Part shown: positions 1 to 8,980 of the stretch, piece after piece
Position numbering within the stretch: the stretch's first letter is position 1
Layout: every line of letters starts with the position of its first letter
Origin: a virus
Reading direction: 5' to 3' (one strand)
Virus record (IMG/VR): IMGVR_UViG_3300045988_160113
Span: 71,791-135,790 of that record
DNA length: 64,000 bases
Translations under genes and position numbers: made by a program
Notes under the pieces: model-generated
Databases searched by the model: none
Told to the model about the DNA's origin: nothing
The model's input: only the letters and a program-made list of their open reading frames with translations

Positions 1-556
1 ATAGTTTTTATTTAGGTCATATGTCATTACATCCCAATCTTGAGTTAGTTCAAGAAGTCTTGCGGGATTGGCCCCACGGAAACCGTATAATTCTTGGCGT
101 GGGTCAAAGAATATCATATAATTCTTAGGCTGGATCATATCTAACATAAAATATAATTCATTTTCTGTTGAATCCTGTCCTTCATCCAAAAGCAAATAGT
201 CAACTTCTTTTATTGCCCATGGACGCTCTTTTATAATTTCAAAGAATTCATCAAAGTTTTCTTCTTGAATTAGTTTAGAAGTATCATAACCAGACATAAG
301 TAATAGACGATTACAATAAGCATGAACAGTTCCAATAAATAAGGATGGATAGTCTCCAATTCTTTTTCTCATTTCAATCGCGGCAGCATTAGTAAAAGTA
401 ATACATACTACTTTTGATGGATCAGCACCATGTTCAAGGATATATTTTAGTCGTGCTGTAAGGCAGTGAGTTTTTCCTACAGCGACAGAGGACATTACTA
501 ATACTTTTGATTCTTGTGTTTCTACTATTACTTTCTGCAAATCATTTAGTTCCATA
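1..556 (-). CDS. SF1 (UvrD/PcrA-like) helicase, N-terminal part; gene continues past window start
   Basis: Own reverse translation from ATG at 556: MELNDLQKVIVETQESKVLVMSSVAVGKTHCLTARL...EVDYLLLDEGQDST. Has Walker A GKT and DEGQD motif II. Not in ORF track because no stop in window. Confidence 0.6.
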
Positions 557-592
557 ATTCAACTCCTATCTTCTCTTTCCACTATTTATTTT

Positions 593-621
593 ATTATATT
601 TCAATTTTCTCAAAAATTCAA
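593..621 (-). promoter_or_regulatory. sigma70-type promoter for helicase operon
   Basis: Minus strand reads TTGAAT-17 bp-TATAAT, followed by an AGTGGAAAGAG leader. Confidence 0.6.
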
Positions 622-624
622 ATT

Positions 625-1719
625 TTAGCCGCTTGCCTTCATGTTGAATCCATATTTATCCGCTCCATAGAATTCAATCCAGAATTTTTCGCGCGCGGAT
701 AGGTTTTCCTTTTCTACTCTTTCAATTACTTCAAAAGTAAAATTATCAATTCCTTGTTTCTCCATTGCGTCATGAATTGCTGCCCATGAAATAGTTCCAG
801 TATGAAAAGCAGATTTACAATGCTGTTGCCAACGAGATTTGATATCGGTTGATTTGCCAATATAAATACGTTCGTCTGGCCCAGTAATTTTGTAAATACC
901 ACTAAAAGATTCATTATTTAGCACACGCTTCTCCATTTCTTTCACTGGTCGCGCAATATAAAGGTCATAAATAAGTTTATATAATGAGGTAGTATCATTT
1001 AGACGAGGCATGATAGACAATAATATTTGAATATCTTCTTTTGCGCCATCTGATAATTGGATTTTATAAAATTGACTTTGCTCTTCAACCGCACGCTTGC
1101 GAAGAATTGCTTCATTTATAAGTCTTTGTTTTTCTTTGAAGTCATTTACTTCGGATTGTAGACTTTCCTTCTGCGCGCATAATGAAAGAATATCATCATT
1201 TATAACTGCTTTTATTTCTTCTCCATACTCATTGATATTCTTTGCCATTTGGTCTTTAGAAGCCTGGACTTTCTCTTCCTCCGCGCGCAGAGTAGATTGA
1301 AGTTTTGTAATTGCTTCAACTTTATGGTGCTGAAGTTGTTCATCTACTAAAGCAATACGATGATTTTTATAATCATTTAGTCTAATTTCATATGCGTTTT
1401 TCAAATTCTCAGTATGTTGGTATAGAATATCTTGTTGCTTCAAAGCATCAAGTCTTGCTTCATCTATTTGATTTCTAATTGTATTTAGAGAACGCTCTTG
1501 CGCGGCAATAGAACTATTATAATTTTGTTGTAATTGCTTTATTTCTATGTCATACTTTTCTTTTTCTAATCTATATTCTTCTTGTATTCTTCTTCTTTCT
1601 TCTACATATTCACTAAAGTCTCTTTCAGTTAACTTTAGATATTTATTCTTCAAATATTTTGATAATAAAATTATTGCTATTATTGCTACTAATATAATTA
1701 TACCATATATCATAACCAC
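625..1719 (-). CDS. Membrane-anchored coiled-coil protein with C-terminal GIY-YIG nuclease domain
   Basis: N-terminal hydrophobic helix and a long E/K/Q-rich region. C-terminus reads GIYKITGPDERIYIGKSTDIKSRWQQH...EKFWIEFYG. Confidence 0.6.
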   Translation of the reverse strand: MVMIYGIIILVAIIAIILLSKYLKNKYLKLTERDFSEYVEERRRIQEEYRLEKEKYDIEIKQLQQNYNSSIAAQERSLNTIRNQIDEARLDALKQQDILYQHTENLKNAYEIRLNDYKNHRIALVDEQLQHHKVEAITKLQSTLRAEEEKVQASKDQMAKNINEYGEEIKAVINDDILSLCAQKESLQSEVNDFKEKQRLINEAILRKRAVEEQSQFYKIQLSDGAKEDIQILLSIMPRLNDTTSLYKLIYDLYIARPVKEMEKRVLNNESFSGIYKITGPDERIYIGKSTDIKSRWQQHCKSAFHTGTISWAAIHDAMEKQGIDNFTFEVIERVEKENLSAREKFWIEFYGADKYGFNMKASG

Positions 1720-1757
1720 TCCTCCATAGTTATTTTATCCCTATAATTATATTATAG

Positions 1758-1793
1758 CATAAAAAGAAGAGAGTGTCAAATTCTGACACTCTC
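1758..1793 (-). terminator. Rho-independent terminator (minus strand)
   Basis: 10-bp stem gagagtgtca/tgacactctc (1769-1793), followed on the minus strand by a T-run. Confidence 0.6.
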
Positions 1794-1802
1794 AACTTTT
1801 GA

Positions 1803-2363
1803 TTAGAGCTTCCCATCCCTAGAAAGCGTATTATAATATCCAATGATAAAAGCATATTCAACATCCATTTGTCCATTTGTCAAGTTATTAGCCTTCAACA
1901 ACTCATTATATTTTTTGTGAATGTCAAATATATGATTGAAATCATCTAAAGTGGGGACTGTAACACCATGACGGCATTGTGTGGCGAAGTGGAGAATTTC
2001 ATATCTAATGCGGTCAATTTCATTCTTGTCAACTTTTTCATTGAGAAGTTTTATCATATCATTTTGCGCGCGGTTTGTGTTTTCAATATCATCAAGTCGT
2101 TCATGGATATCATCAATTTTACTAAAAATTTCCCCATAAATTTCTTCTTGATGAATTTTGAATTGTTCAATCAATGTGTCTGCGGTTTGTTTAGAAATTT
2201 CTTGAATTCTATCTTTCCTTTTTTGTTCTCGCTTGGCGACACGTTTTTTGCCCGCGGTCGTAAATGTTTCCCAAAATTTGACTATTCCTAAAATTGCGCC
2301 GAGAAATCCCGCAATAGCAATGACTCCGCCAGAGAGATACTGTAAGTATTGTAAAATCATCAC
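1803..2363 (-). CDS. Hypothetical membrane-anchored protein
   Basis: ORF track. N-terminal TM segment, then a charged helical region. Confidence 0.5.
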   Translation of the reverse strand: MMILQYLQYLSGGVIAIAGFLGAILGIVKFWETFTTAGKKRVAKREQKRKDRIQEISKQTADTLIEQFKIHQEEIYGEIFSKIDDIHERLDDIENTNRAQNDMIKLLNEKVDKNEIDRIRYEILHFATQCRHGVTVPTLDDFNHIFDIHKKYNELLKANNLTNGQMDVEYAFIIGYYNTLSRDGKL

Positions 2364-2424
2364 AACACCTCCCTTATCAAAGATAAGTAGTTTTAGTGAC
2401 GGTAATTTACAATGTTTTGAGCAC

Positions 2425-2805
2425 TCAAGGCGGAGTCAAATAATCATTATGAAATTTTGATTTTACGAGATATTGTGGTCGAAATAAATCGTTGAAATTA
2501 TAAATTGTAGAAAGTTCCCAATAAGGAATACGGTAGAGTTTGAAATTGCGCGCGAGACAATAAGAATTTTTCTTACGGTCTCGTTCACGCGCGGCAAGAT
2601 AACCTTTATGGTTTGTAAATTGAGAGATTTGTTGATAATGCTGAATACCATCATATTCAATATGAATTTGATAATCTGGCAAATAAAAATCAAATCTCAA
2701 TGGGACATTTTTCTTTCCATGTAAATCTGGATAAGTTTTTTCTCTTTCAAACTTCACGTGCGCTGCGCGCAGAAGAGAAACAATGTAATCTTCTCCTTTA
2801 CTCAT
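2425..2805 (-). CDS. Restriction-endonuclease-fold (PD-(D/E)XK-like) protein
   Basis: Start moved to MSKGEDY (ATGAGTAA overlap with ligase stop). Motif PLRFDFYL...IEYDGIQHY is shared with the C-terminus of 3913-4794. Confidence 0.45.
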   Translation of the reverse strand: MSKGEDYIVSLLRAAHVKFEREKTYPDLHGKKNVPLRFDFYLPDYQIHIEYDGIQHYQQISQFTNHKGYLAARERDRKKNSYCLARNFKLYRIPYWELSTIYNFNDLFRPQYLVKSKFHNDYLTPP

Positions 2806-3916
2806 TGGCAATCTGAGAAAATTCGCACTCGCGTGCAGTCTTATCGGTTCGCCACTCAATAATCTTTGCATGACGGAACTTGAATGTATCCGGTTCAATT
2901 TCCATAGCATTGATAGACACTACACGGTCAGTCCAGTTCTCTGGATTTTTGACAATACCTTCCTTGACTTCTTCAGTAATACCAGAAATCCAACCTACGG
3001 GATAAACTTCATCGTTTCGATAGACACCAATTTCTACCGCGCTTGCCCAGTCATTATAATATCCCTTTGAAATTGGGTAATAAGGTTCACCAAGACTATA
3101 CTGTTTATAGTAATCACCATAAACTTTTTCGCCTGTCTGCTCATTTAGCCAATATTTCCAATCTTCAATATGGTCACCATTATAAGCGCGTGTAGAAGGC
3201 TTATAACGACCAGTCAGGAAACAATCAATGTAATTATCAAGTTCTTTCTTGATTTTGAGAGTTTTCTGTGCTGTGCGTTTACCTGGTTCAGCATGAGAAT
3301 CAGCACGTGTAATAACAATACCTTCGCCACCAGAAGACATAACTCTCATAAGTTCATTCCAAAGAGCATCCCCTTCATAATACTTAGCAAAGCGAATATA
3401 AGAAGCATCCTGATACTTTTCGGCAATTTTAGCAAGAAGGTCAAAGCGTTCGCGCGCAGTGAGAGAAAGACAAGAATGACCATTATATGCCCATACGTCG
3501 AAGACATAATACCATAAGTATCCACTCTTTTCTTGACGAGCAATGGCTTTATCTTTCAGGCAACCCATAAAAGTCGTAACTTTTCGACTTGCACTATCTT
3601 TTTCAAGATGAATTTCACCAAGGAGGCAAGTACCATTAGGAAGAGCATTAAAGAAAGGTCTAAGTTGAGGAACCCATTCAAGTTTATCTGTCATCTCACC
3701 TTTGACATTTTCATTGCGCGCGCAAAGAAATAGATTACCATCTTCATCCTTTGTAAGCCTATAGTATACTCCATCGCGTTTCTCACTACCAAGATAATCT
3801 CCAGAATAGATACGATTATGAATGTCAATTTTTACATTGGCTTTATTTTTTGCGAAAGACCAGTACTTCTCTGCTGGGAGATGATAAAAATCAATTCCAT
3901 CAATATATCCATTCAT
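2798..3916 (-). CDS. ATP-dependent DNA ligase
   Basis: Motif I SEKRDGVYYRL (KxDG), LLGEIHLE, GGEGIVITR, LKIKK. Confidence 0.7.
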   Translation of the reverse strand: MNGYIDGIDFYHLPAEKYWSFAKNKANVKIDIHNRIYSGDYLGSEKRDGVYYRLTKDEDGNLFLCARNENVKGEMTDKLEWVPQLRPFFNALPNGTCLLGEIHLEKDSASRKVTTFMGCLKDKAIARQEKSGYLWYYVFDVWAYNGHSCLSLTARERFDLLAKIAEKYQDASYIRFAKYYEGDALWNELMRVMSSGGEGIVITRADSHAEPGKRTAQKTLKIKKELDNYIDCFLTGRYKPSTRAYNGDHIEDWKYWLNEQTGEKVYGDYYKQYSLGEPYYPISKGYYNDWASAVEIGVYRNDEVYPVGWISGITEEVKEGIVKNPENWTDRVVSINAMEIEPDTFKFRHAKIIEWRTDKTARECEFSQIANE

Positions 3917-4794
3917 AAATTACATTTCTCCTTTATATAATTATAGTTTATTTTATCAAAATCTGTATATGGGATTTCTATAAGTGGGATATTATTTTCT
4001 TTACAATATTCTTTTTTCATATTATCAGAATTTTCTTTATTCCACAAATTATTTTTATCATAATGTTGTTCACCTTGATATTCAATTAGACAATATAACT
4101 TATTATCAATAAAAATAGCAAAATCAAAACGTAATGGATATATATTTTTTAGTTCTTGAAAAGAAAATTGTGTTTTGTAAGAAATATTATTTTTTTGTAA
4201 AATAGATAATATTTTTTGTTCTCCTTTAGAATTCATACAACCACAACTTTTTTTCGCTCCAGAGCATAATCTGCTAGTTGTAGATGAAGTAATATTACCA
4301 CAATCACATTTACATTCCCAAATACTTTGTTTGTTTTTATCTTGTCCTATTTTTCTTATTACTACTAATTTTCCAAAACGCATATTAGTAATATCTTTTT
4401 CTACACATTTTTTGTAAAAATTTTCTTCTCTTAGACAACCGCAAGATTGTGTTTGCCCACTATGTAATCGTGAACTAACTACGGAACAAATATTGCCACA
4501 ATCACATTGACAAATCCATTTTATTTTTTTATCGTTAGATAGTTCTATATCTTTTTTTATAACAGTTAGTCTTCCGTATCTATTACCAACTTCAGAACAA
4601 TTTTTACAATCTTTACTGGTTCCTTTTGTTAAACATTGAGTATTTACTTCTTTTTCGTTGCCACATTCGCAACGACATAACCATTTTCTATTTCCTTTAT
4701 ATTCTATAACTGTCCATTTGCTATTTTCTACTCCATGTTCTTTCATAACCCAACCAGTCATATCTATAAAATTATGAGGTCTTTTAGTTTTCAT
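3913..4794 (-). CDS. Cys-rich zinc-ribbon-repeat protein with C-terminal PD-(D/E)XK-like domain
   Basis: Three W.C.C.CGN...SCGC repeats. C-terminus reads PLRFDFAIF...IEYQGEQHY. No GCGCGC sites, as in the HEGs. Confidence 0.5.
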   Translation of the reverse strand: MKTKRPHNFIDMTGWVMKEHGVENSKWTVIEYKGNRKWLCRCECGNEKEVNTQCLTKGTSKDCKNCSEVGNRYGRLTVIKKDIELSNDKKIKWICQCDCGNICSVVSSRLHSGQTQSCGCLREENFYKKCVEKDITNMRFGKLVVIRKIGQDKNKQSIWECKCDCGNITSSTTSRLCSGAKKSCGCMNSKGEQKILSILQKNNISYKTQFSFQELKNIYPLRFDFAIFIDNKLYCLIEYQGEQHYDKNNLWNKENSDNMKKEYCKENNIPLIEIPYTDFDKINYNYIKEKCNL

Positions 4795-4828
4795 GATTCA
4801 CCTCTATATAATTCTTTATTATACTTTT

Positions 4829-4857
4829 ATTATATTTCATTTTTCTTCAAAAGTCAA
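4829..4857 (-). promoter_or_regulatory. sigma70-type promoter (minus strand)
   Basis: Minus strand reads TTGACT-17 bp-TATAAT upstream of 3913-4794. Confidence 0.55.
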
Positions 4858-4936
4858 ATTTCTTTTATATGAAAATGCTATACTTTTCTTTCAAAATATT
4901 TACTTCAAAATAGAATAGAATTATAGGAGGCGCGCA

Positions 4937-5032
4937 ATGAATAAGAAATTACTTTATGCTGCGGCCGCGGCTTCAAGACGACGTATGTTGATTATGCGTC
5001 TTATTTGTGCTCTTGGTGGTGGATTGAAGTGA
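4937..5032 (+). CDS. Small ORF (31 aa)
   Basis: ataGGAGGcgcgcaATG. GTGA overlap with the next ORF. Below the ORF-track length cut-off. Confidence 0.25.
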   Translation: MNKKLLYAAAAASRRRMLIMRLICALGGGLK

Positions 5033-5346
5033 AAAAAGAAAAACAAAAAAAGAAAATCGAAGCATCAAAATTATTTACTGATTTATCTTTTGGCTTGGCT
5101 TTTGGTTTTGTAATTTTTTGTTGCTATGAAATGCATAGACTACAAGACCTTACTCCTATTACTTATCTTGGTGGAGGAATTTTGATTTTACTTGGTATTG
5201 TAGTAAATGCCTATATGAAACGTGCTGCGGCAAAAGATTTAGCACGACAGAAAATATATGAAACTCAAATGCTTTCAAAAATAAAACAAAAATATGGCGA
5301 TGATTACCAAGAAGGAGAAGCACACGATACTGATGTAAAGATATAA
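5029..5346 (+). CDS. Small membrane protein
   Basis: Two hydrophobic segments. Start uncertain: GTG 5029 or TTG 5005. Confidence 0.4.
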   Translation: MKKEKQKKKIEASKLFTDLSFGLAFGFVIFCCYEMHRLQDLTPITYLGGGILILLGIVVNAYMKRAAAKDLARQKIYETQMLSKIKQKYGDDYQEGEAHDTDVKI

Positions 5347-5348
5347 TA

Positions 5349-5380
5349 AGAGGGTTGGAAATTCCAACCCTCTATTTTAT
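5349..5380. terminator. Bidirectional terminator between convergent genes
   Basis: agagggttgg-aaatt-ccaaccctct stem with T-run/A-run flanks. Confidence 0.6.
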
Positions 5381-5910
5381 TCTGCACAACGAATAAGCCA
5401 ATTTACAAAGGCATTCGCTTCATCTTGAAGATTATCAAGAGTAGAATTATTATTTACAAAATAATGATAAGGATAATTTTCAACACCATCATCTGAATCA
5501 TTACCCATTATTTTATTTGCCTCATCACGACGAACAAAAACTGCTGTTGCTCCATATTTATAAACATAATCATGGATTTCTTTTGGTTCGCGTACCATAA
5601 TAAGAATATATGTTGGATATGGAGTATCATTGAGACGGTCATATCTATTGGCTACATCTTCAACATTTTTCATAGTCAAATTTCCCCAAGGAGAATTTAC
5701 TAATACTTTCTTCATATCGCTCAAAAACTTGCGCGCTTCTGGTGTTTTTTTACCATCCCATCCTGCGCGCGCAACAAGGTCTTTTACAAGACTTACTGAG
5801 GAATAAACATATGCTCTTCGACCACGAATACCGAGTTCTTTTGTTGTGTAATCAGCAAAACTCGATTTTCCTGACCTGGCATGACCATTAACAATTACAT
5901 ACTTAACCAT
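5377..5910 (-). CDS. P-loop (d)NMP-kinase-like protein
   Basis: GHARSGKSS Walker A. Start moved to the second ATG for better RBS spacing. Confidence 0.55.
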   Translation of the reverse strand: MVKYVIVNGHARSGKSSFADYTTKELGIRGRRAYVYSSVSLVKDLVARAGWDGKKTPEARKFLSDMKKVLVNSPWGNLTMKNVEDVANRYDRLNDTPYPTYILIMVREPKEIHDYVYKYGATAVFVRRDEANKIMGNDSDDGVENYPYHYFVNNNSTLDNLQDEANAFVNWLIRCAE

Positions 5911-6400
5911 TTTCTGCATTTCTCCTTCCTATTACTGCTAAGCTATCAGCATAATTATTCCATTGAGAAGTAAAATTATCCCCTTTTTGATGGCCTCTTA
6001 CTTTTCGATATTCAAATCGCGTATCATCAAAAGTTGGAATGAGTTCCTCCCATAGCTTTTTATTTGCTACTGGTGTCTTTTGAGATGTCATCCAACCATT
6101 AGTCATCCATTTCAAATACCATCCTTGATTAGCACAATTTATAAGATAAGCACTATCTGTATAAATAATATATTCAAGTTCTCTAACAAAACCATTCTTA
6201 CTCATCAAATTTTTCTTGATATACTTTACTGCTTCTACTGCGGCAGTAAGTTCACCCCAGTTATTAGTGGTTCCTTTTTGACCACCATACTTAGAACAAA
6301 CTATATTTTCTTTATCATCAAGAATAACATAACCCCAACCGCCTACTTGATTAGGTTGACCATTTCTTGTGCTAGCACCATCAGTAAAAATATAATACAT
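5903..6400 (-). CDS. Ribonuclease H (RNase HI family)
   Basis: IFTDGAS...GELTAAVEAV...IYTDSAY...VRGH...NNYADSLA. Confidence 0.8.
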   Translation of the reverse strand: MYYIFTDGASTRNGQPNQVGGWGYVILDDKENIVCSKYGGQKGTTNNWGELTAAVEAVKYIKKNLMSKNGFVRELEYIIYTDSAYLINCANQGWYLKWMTNGWMTSQKTPVANKKLWEELIPTFDDTRFEYRKVRGHQKGDNFTSQWNNYADSLAVIGRRNAENG

Positions 6401-6402
6401 AA

Positions 6403-6816
6403 TTATCCTTTCTTATAATAAGCGTCATAAATATAAGTAGCAATATCCAATGGTAATTTTTCATTATAAGATACTTCATGACAAAAATCAAGAGGAATAA
6501 CTTTACCCTTATTATTTTTCATGATAGGTTTCCATTTGAAATTATTTTTATATTTACGTTTGAATTTTATATAGGTAAGCAAATTAGTATTCAAATATAA
6601 TGTTTTGTTTATCATATTTGAATACATAGAAGCAATTTCAAATGTAGTAAGGTGATATTTAGATTTTGGATTGAAATGATATAATACTACATTATTATCT
6701 TTTACAATAGAATGTAAATATACAAATGAACTATTCAAAAATCTATCATAGTTATTATAATTTTTTTCCATTTCTTTTTTTGCCATAACATCATAATTTG
6801 AAGTATAATCTTCCAT
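6403..6816 (-). CDS. Hypothetical protein
   Basis: ORF track. First gene of the leftward operon. Confidence 0.45.
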   Translation of the reverse strand: MEDYTSNYDVMAKKEMEKNYNNYDRFLNSSFVYLHSIVKDNNVVLYHFNPKSKYHLTTFEIASMYSNMINKTLYLNTNLLTYIKFKRKYKNNFKWKPIMKNNKGKVIPLDFCHEVSYNEKLPLDIATYIYDAYYKKG

Positions 6817-6848
6817 TTATTATAACCCTCCTATTTTATTATAATTAT

Positions 6849-6876
6849 ATTATACCAGATTTTTGAAGAAAATCAA
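6849..6876 (-). promoter_or_regulatory. sigma70-type promoter (minus strand)
   Basis: Minus strand reads TTGATT-16 bp-TATAAT. Confidence 0.5.
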
Positions 6877-6960
6877 ATTTTGACTTTTGAAGAAAAATAT
6901 ATTATTTCGCGCGGGCGCGCATTTTATTATAATGTATAAATAATGGATGGCTGTACAAAT

Positions 6961-6989
6961 TTGATTTTTCCTGAAAATTTTGGTATAGT
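6961..6989 (+). promoter_or_regulatory. sigma70-type promoter with conserved leader
   Basis: TTGATT-17 bp-TATAGT, then TTTATAGAAAGTGAGGG. Confidence 0.6.
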
Positions 6990-7016
6990 ATTTATAGAAA
7001 GTGAGGGTGATAAGAA

Positions 7017-7313
7017 ATGGCTAAGTTGTCTGACGAAAAAATTGCTGAAATCCAAAAGCGATATGCTGAATGTGGTGTCTATGCTCAAGTTGCCAGAGAA
7101 CTTGGTGTATCTCCTGCTACCGTCAAGAAGTATGTTTCTTCCTCTGACTCTGCGCGCAGTTCAAAAGTTAGTGTTCCTATTACCAAATTTGAGAGTGAAC
7201 CTCTTCCTATTGAACAAATTGTGTCCCCTTTGACTCATCAAGGTTGGCTAGACTGGTGTTCATTTACTGACGATGATTTGAAAAGTGTTGAAAGTCTGAA
7301 AGGAGAATTATAA
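7017..7313 (+). CDS. HTH DNA-binding protein
   Basis: GVYAQVARELGVSPATVKKYV helix-turn-helix. Confidence 0.55.
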   Translation: MAKLSDEKIAEIQKRYAECGVYAQVARELGVSPATVKKYVSSSDSARSSKVSVPITKFESEPLPIEQIVSPLTHQGWLDWCSFTDDDLKSVESLKGEL

Positions 7314-7603
7314 TGAAGTGGTTTACACTTGAAGAAACTCCATATCATAATAACGAATGGACTATTCGACCTTCTAATAAATTTTATGAAACTTTTAGTG
7401 GTATTCATGGTTCTTATCTTGTTTATCCTGCGCGCTTGTGTGGATTTACATATGGAGACTGGTGTAGATACTGCCGAGATAATTATCAAGCAAAACTCTA
7501 TGGTGGTTCTAAATATATTGTTGTAACTTTTCCTAACAAGGAAGATGCAAATACTTTAGCAAAATTTTTAGATGACAGAATGAATAAAATTGTAAAGGAG
7601 TAA
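7313..7603 (+). CDS. Hypothetical protein
   Basis: ORF track. ATGA-type overlap with the upstream gene. Confidence 0.5.
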   Translation: MKWFTLEETPYHNNEWTIRPSNKFYETFSGIHGSYLVYPARLCGFTYGDWCRYCRDNYQAKLYGGSKYIVVTFPNKEDANTLAKFLDDRMNKIVKE

Positions 7604-7608
7604 TTGAA

Positions 7609-8097
7609 ATGAAGGAAAAGAAGATTTATAAGATTGAGAATGAGGCTGCAAAGAAGAATCCTAAGCGCAATTACATTGAGTATTATGTGAACGAAGAGAA
7701 GAAGATTGTGACCGCAGTTTTGACTGGCGTGCGTCAGGAAATGTCGAATATGTTTGAAAAGAAGTTTGCTAATGCTGGTTTTTCTGCGCGCCGCGATACT
7801 TGGTTTCTTGGTGGAATCGAAGCACTTTCTGATGTTATGAAGTTTATTCCTGATAAGATTGTAGCAAGTGCTACTTGCGCGCCAGAAGATGAATTTGATG
7901 TAGAGTTTGGTTGTAGTCTTGCTCGTATGCGTCTAATTGAAAAGCTTTATACGTATCGTGAGAGAGTTTCTTATGACCTGGCAGTAAAAGTTGGCATGAT
8001 TCAGTGCGCTCTTATGGATTACAGTGAATTCTGCGGTATCAAGATTGAAAACCTTATGGAAGATATTGATGTTACTCTTTCCGAGCATAACTGGTAA
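7609..8097 (+). CDS. Hypothetical protein
   Basis: ORF track; RBS aaggag. Confidence 0.5.
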   Translation: MKEKKIYKIENEAAKKNPKRNYIEYYVNEEKKIVTAVLTGVRQEMSNMFEKKFANAGFSARRDTWFLGGIEALSDVMKFIPDKIVASATCAPEDEFDVEFGCSLARMRLIEKLYTYRERVSYDLAVKVGMIQCALMDYSEFCGIKIENLMEDIDVTLSEHNW

Positions 8098-8105
8098 TCA
8101 ATAAT

Positions 8106-8133
8106 TTGATTTTTACTAAAATTCAACTATAAT
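8106..8133 (+). promoter_or_regulatory. sigma70-type promoter
   Basis: TTGATT-16 bp-TATAAT. Confidence 0.5.
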
Positions 8134-8164
8134 AAATATATAATCAATAAAGGAGATATGTAAA

Positions 8165-8485
8165 ATGGAAATGGAAAAGATGGCTATCAAGGCTCAGGCA
8201 GAAACCCGCGCAAATCTCTATCGTATTGTTACTGATGCTCTTGGTAGCGAAAATTTTGCTACTCAGCCAATCAAGGGTGGCCGTCTGATTGATCTCAACA
8301 ATGGTTATTATGCTAAGGTTTCTATTAGTATTATTGACCCCAATAATGTTGAACCTGCGATTCAGGCATATGCCGACCAGATGCGTGTGAATGCTGCTCG
8401 TGCTGCTGAGCGCGCAGAAAAGGAAGCAGAAAAGGCTCGTAAGGCCGCAGAGCGTGCGGCTAAGCGTGGAGAGAAGACCGAGTAA
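8165..8485 (+). CDS. Hypothetical protein with A/E/K-rich tail
   Basis: ORF track; RBS aaggaga. Confidence 0.5.
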   Translation: MEMEKMAIKAQAETRANLYRIVTDALGSENFATQPIKGGRLIDLNNGYYAKVSISIIDPNNVEPAIQAYADQMRVNAARAAERAEKEAEKARKAAERAAKRGEKTE

Positions 8486-8501
8486 AAAAAAGAATAGATA
8501 A

Positions 8502-8527
8502 CGCCACAGGAAGCAATTCCTGTGGCG
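8502..8527 (+). terminator. Hairpin, weak terminator candidate
   Basis: cgccacagg-aagcaatt-cctgtggcg. Poor T-run. Confidence 0.35.
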
Positions 8528-8551
8528 CATAGTCATATTTGGAGGTAAATT

Positions 8552-8896
8552 ATGGAGAATATTATCGAGTTAGAAGTTGTAAATAAAAGTATTAGCACTA
8601 AATTTAGACAGAATAACTATGTTAGTGCTGGTGATGTGTATAAATTCAATTTTTCAAATGCTTGGGAGAAATTTTTAGGAGAGAATGCGCGCCTTCAAGC
8701 AACTTATTTGATTGAGAATGGAAGACAAGATATTTATTACTTTGACCCACTAAAAGATTGTAAAAGTAACGCACCTGAGGAATTATTTAGAGAAGAAAAT
8801 GAAGGAAAAACTGTTTATCTTGGTGTTTGTGGTGTGCATGAAGACGGCACTATTTACCCCAGTGTTTATTATCGTTTAGGCGCTATCCGTCTATAA
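8552..8896 (+). CDS. Fibre/baseplate N-terminal-domain paralogue
   Basis: Resembles the first ~110 aa of 8981-11554 (ME..IEL.V..K...; ...VY.G..G......Y.RLG). Confidence 0.5.
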   Translation: MENIIELEVVNKSISTKFRQNNYVSAGDVYKFNFSNAWEKFLGENARLQATYLIENGRQDIYYFDPLKDCKSNAPEELFREENEGKTVYLGVCGVHEDGTIYPSVYYRLGAIRL

Positions 8897-8980
8897 AATT
8901 CCTGATAGATATTCTTTTTTGCTATACGATGTAGTCCAAAAAATCACTTTATATTACAAGACGTATTGTGAGGTGATGAA

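Noticed and set aside
6943-7526. Overlapping ORFs 6943-7233, 7238-7489 (-) and 7329-7526
   Set aside because: They overlap better-supported genes (7017-7313 and 7313-7603) that have an RBS and an HTH motif. 6943 also spans the promoter.
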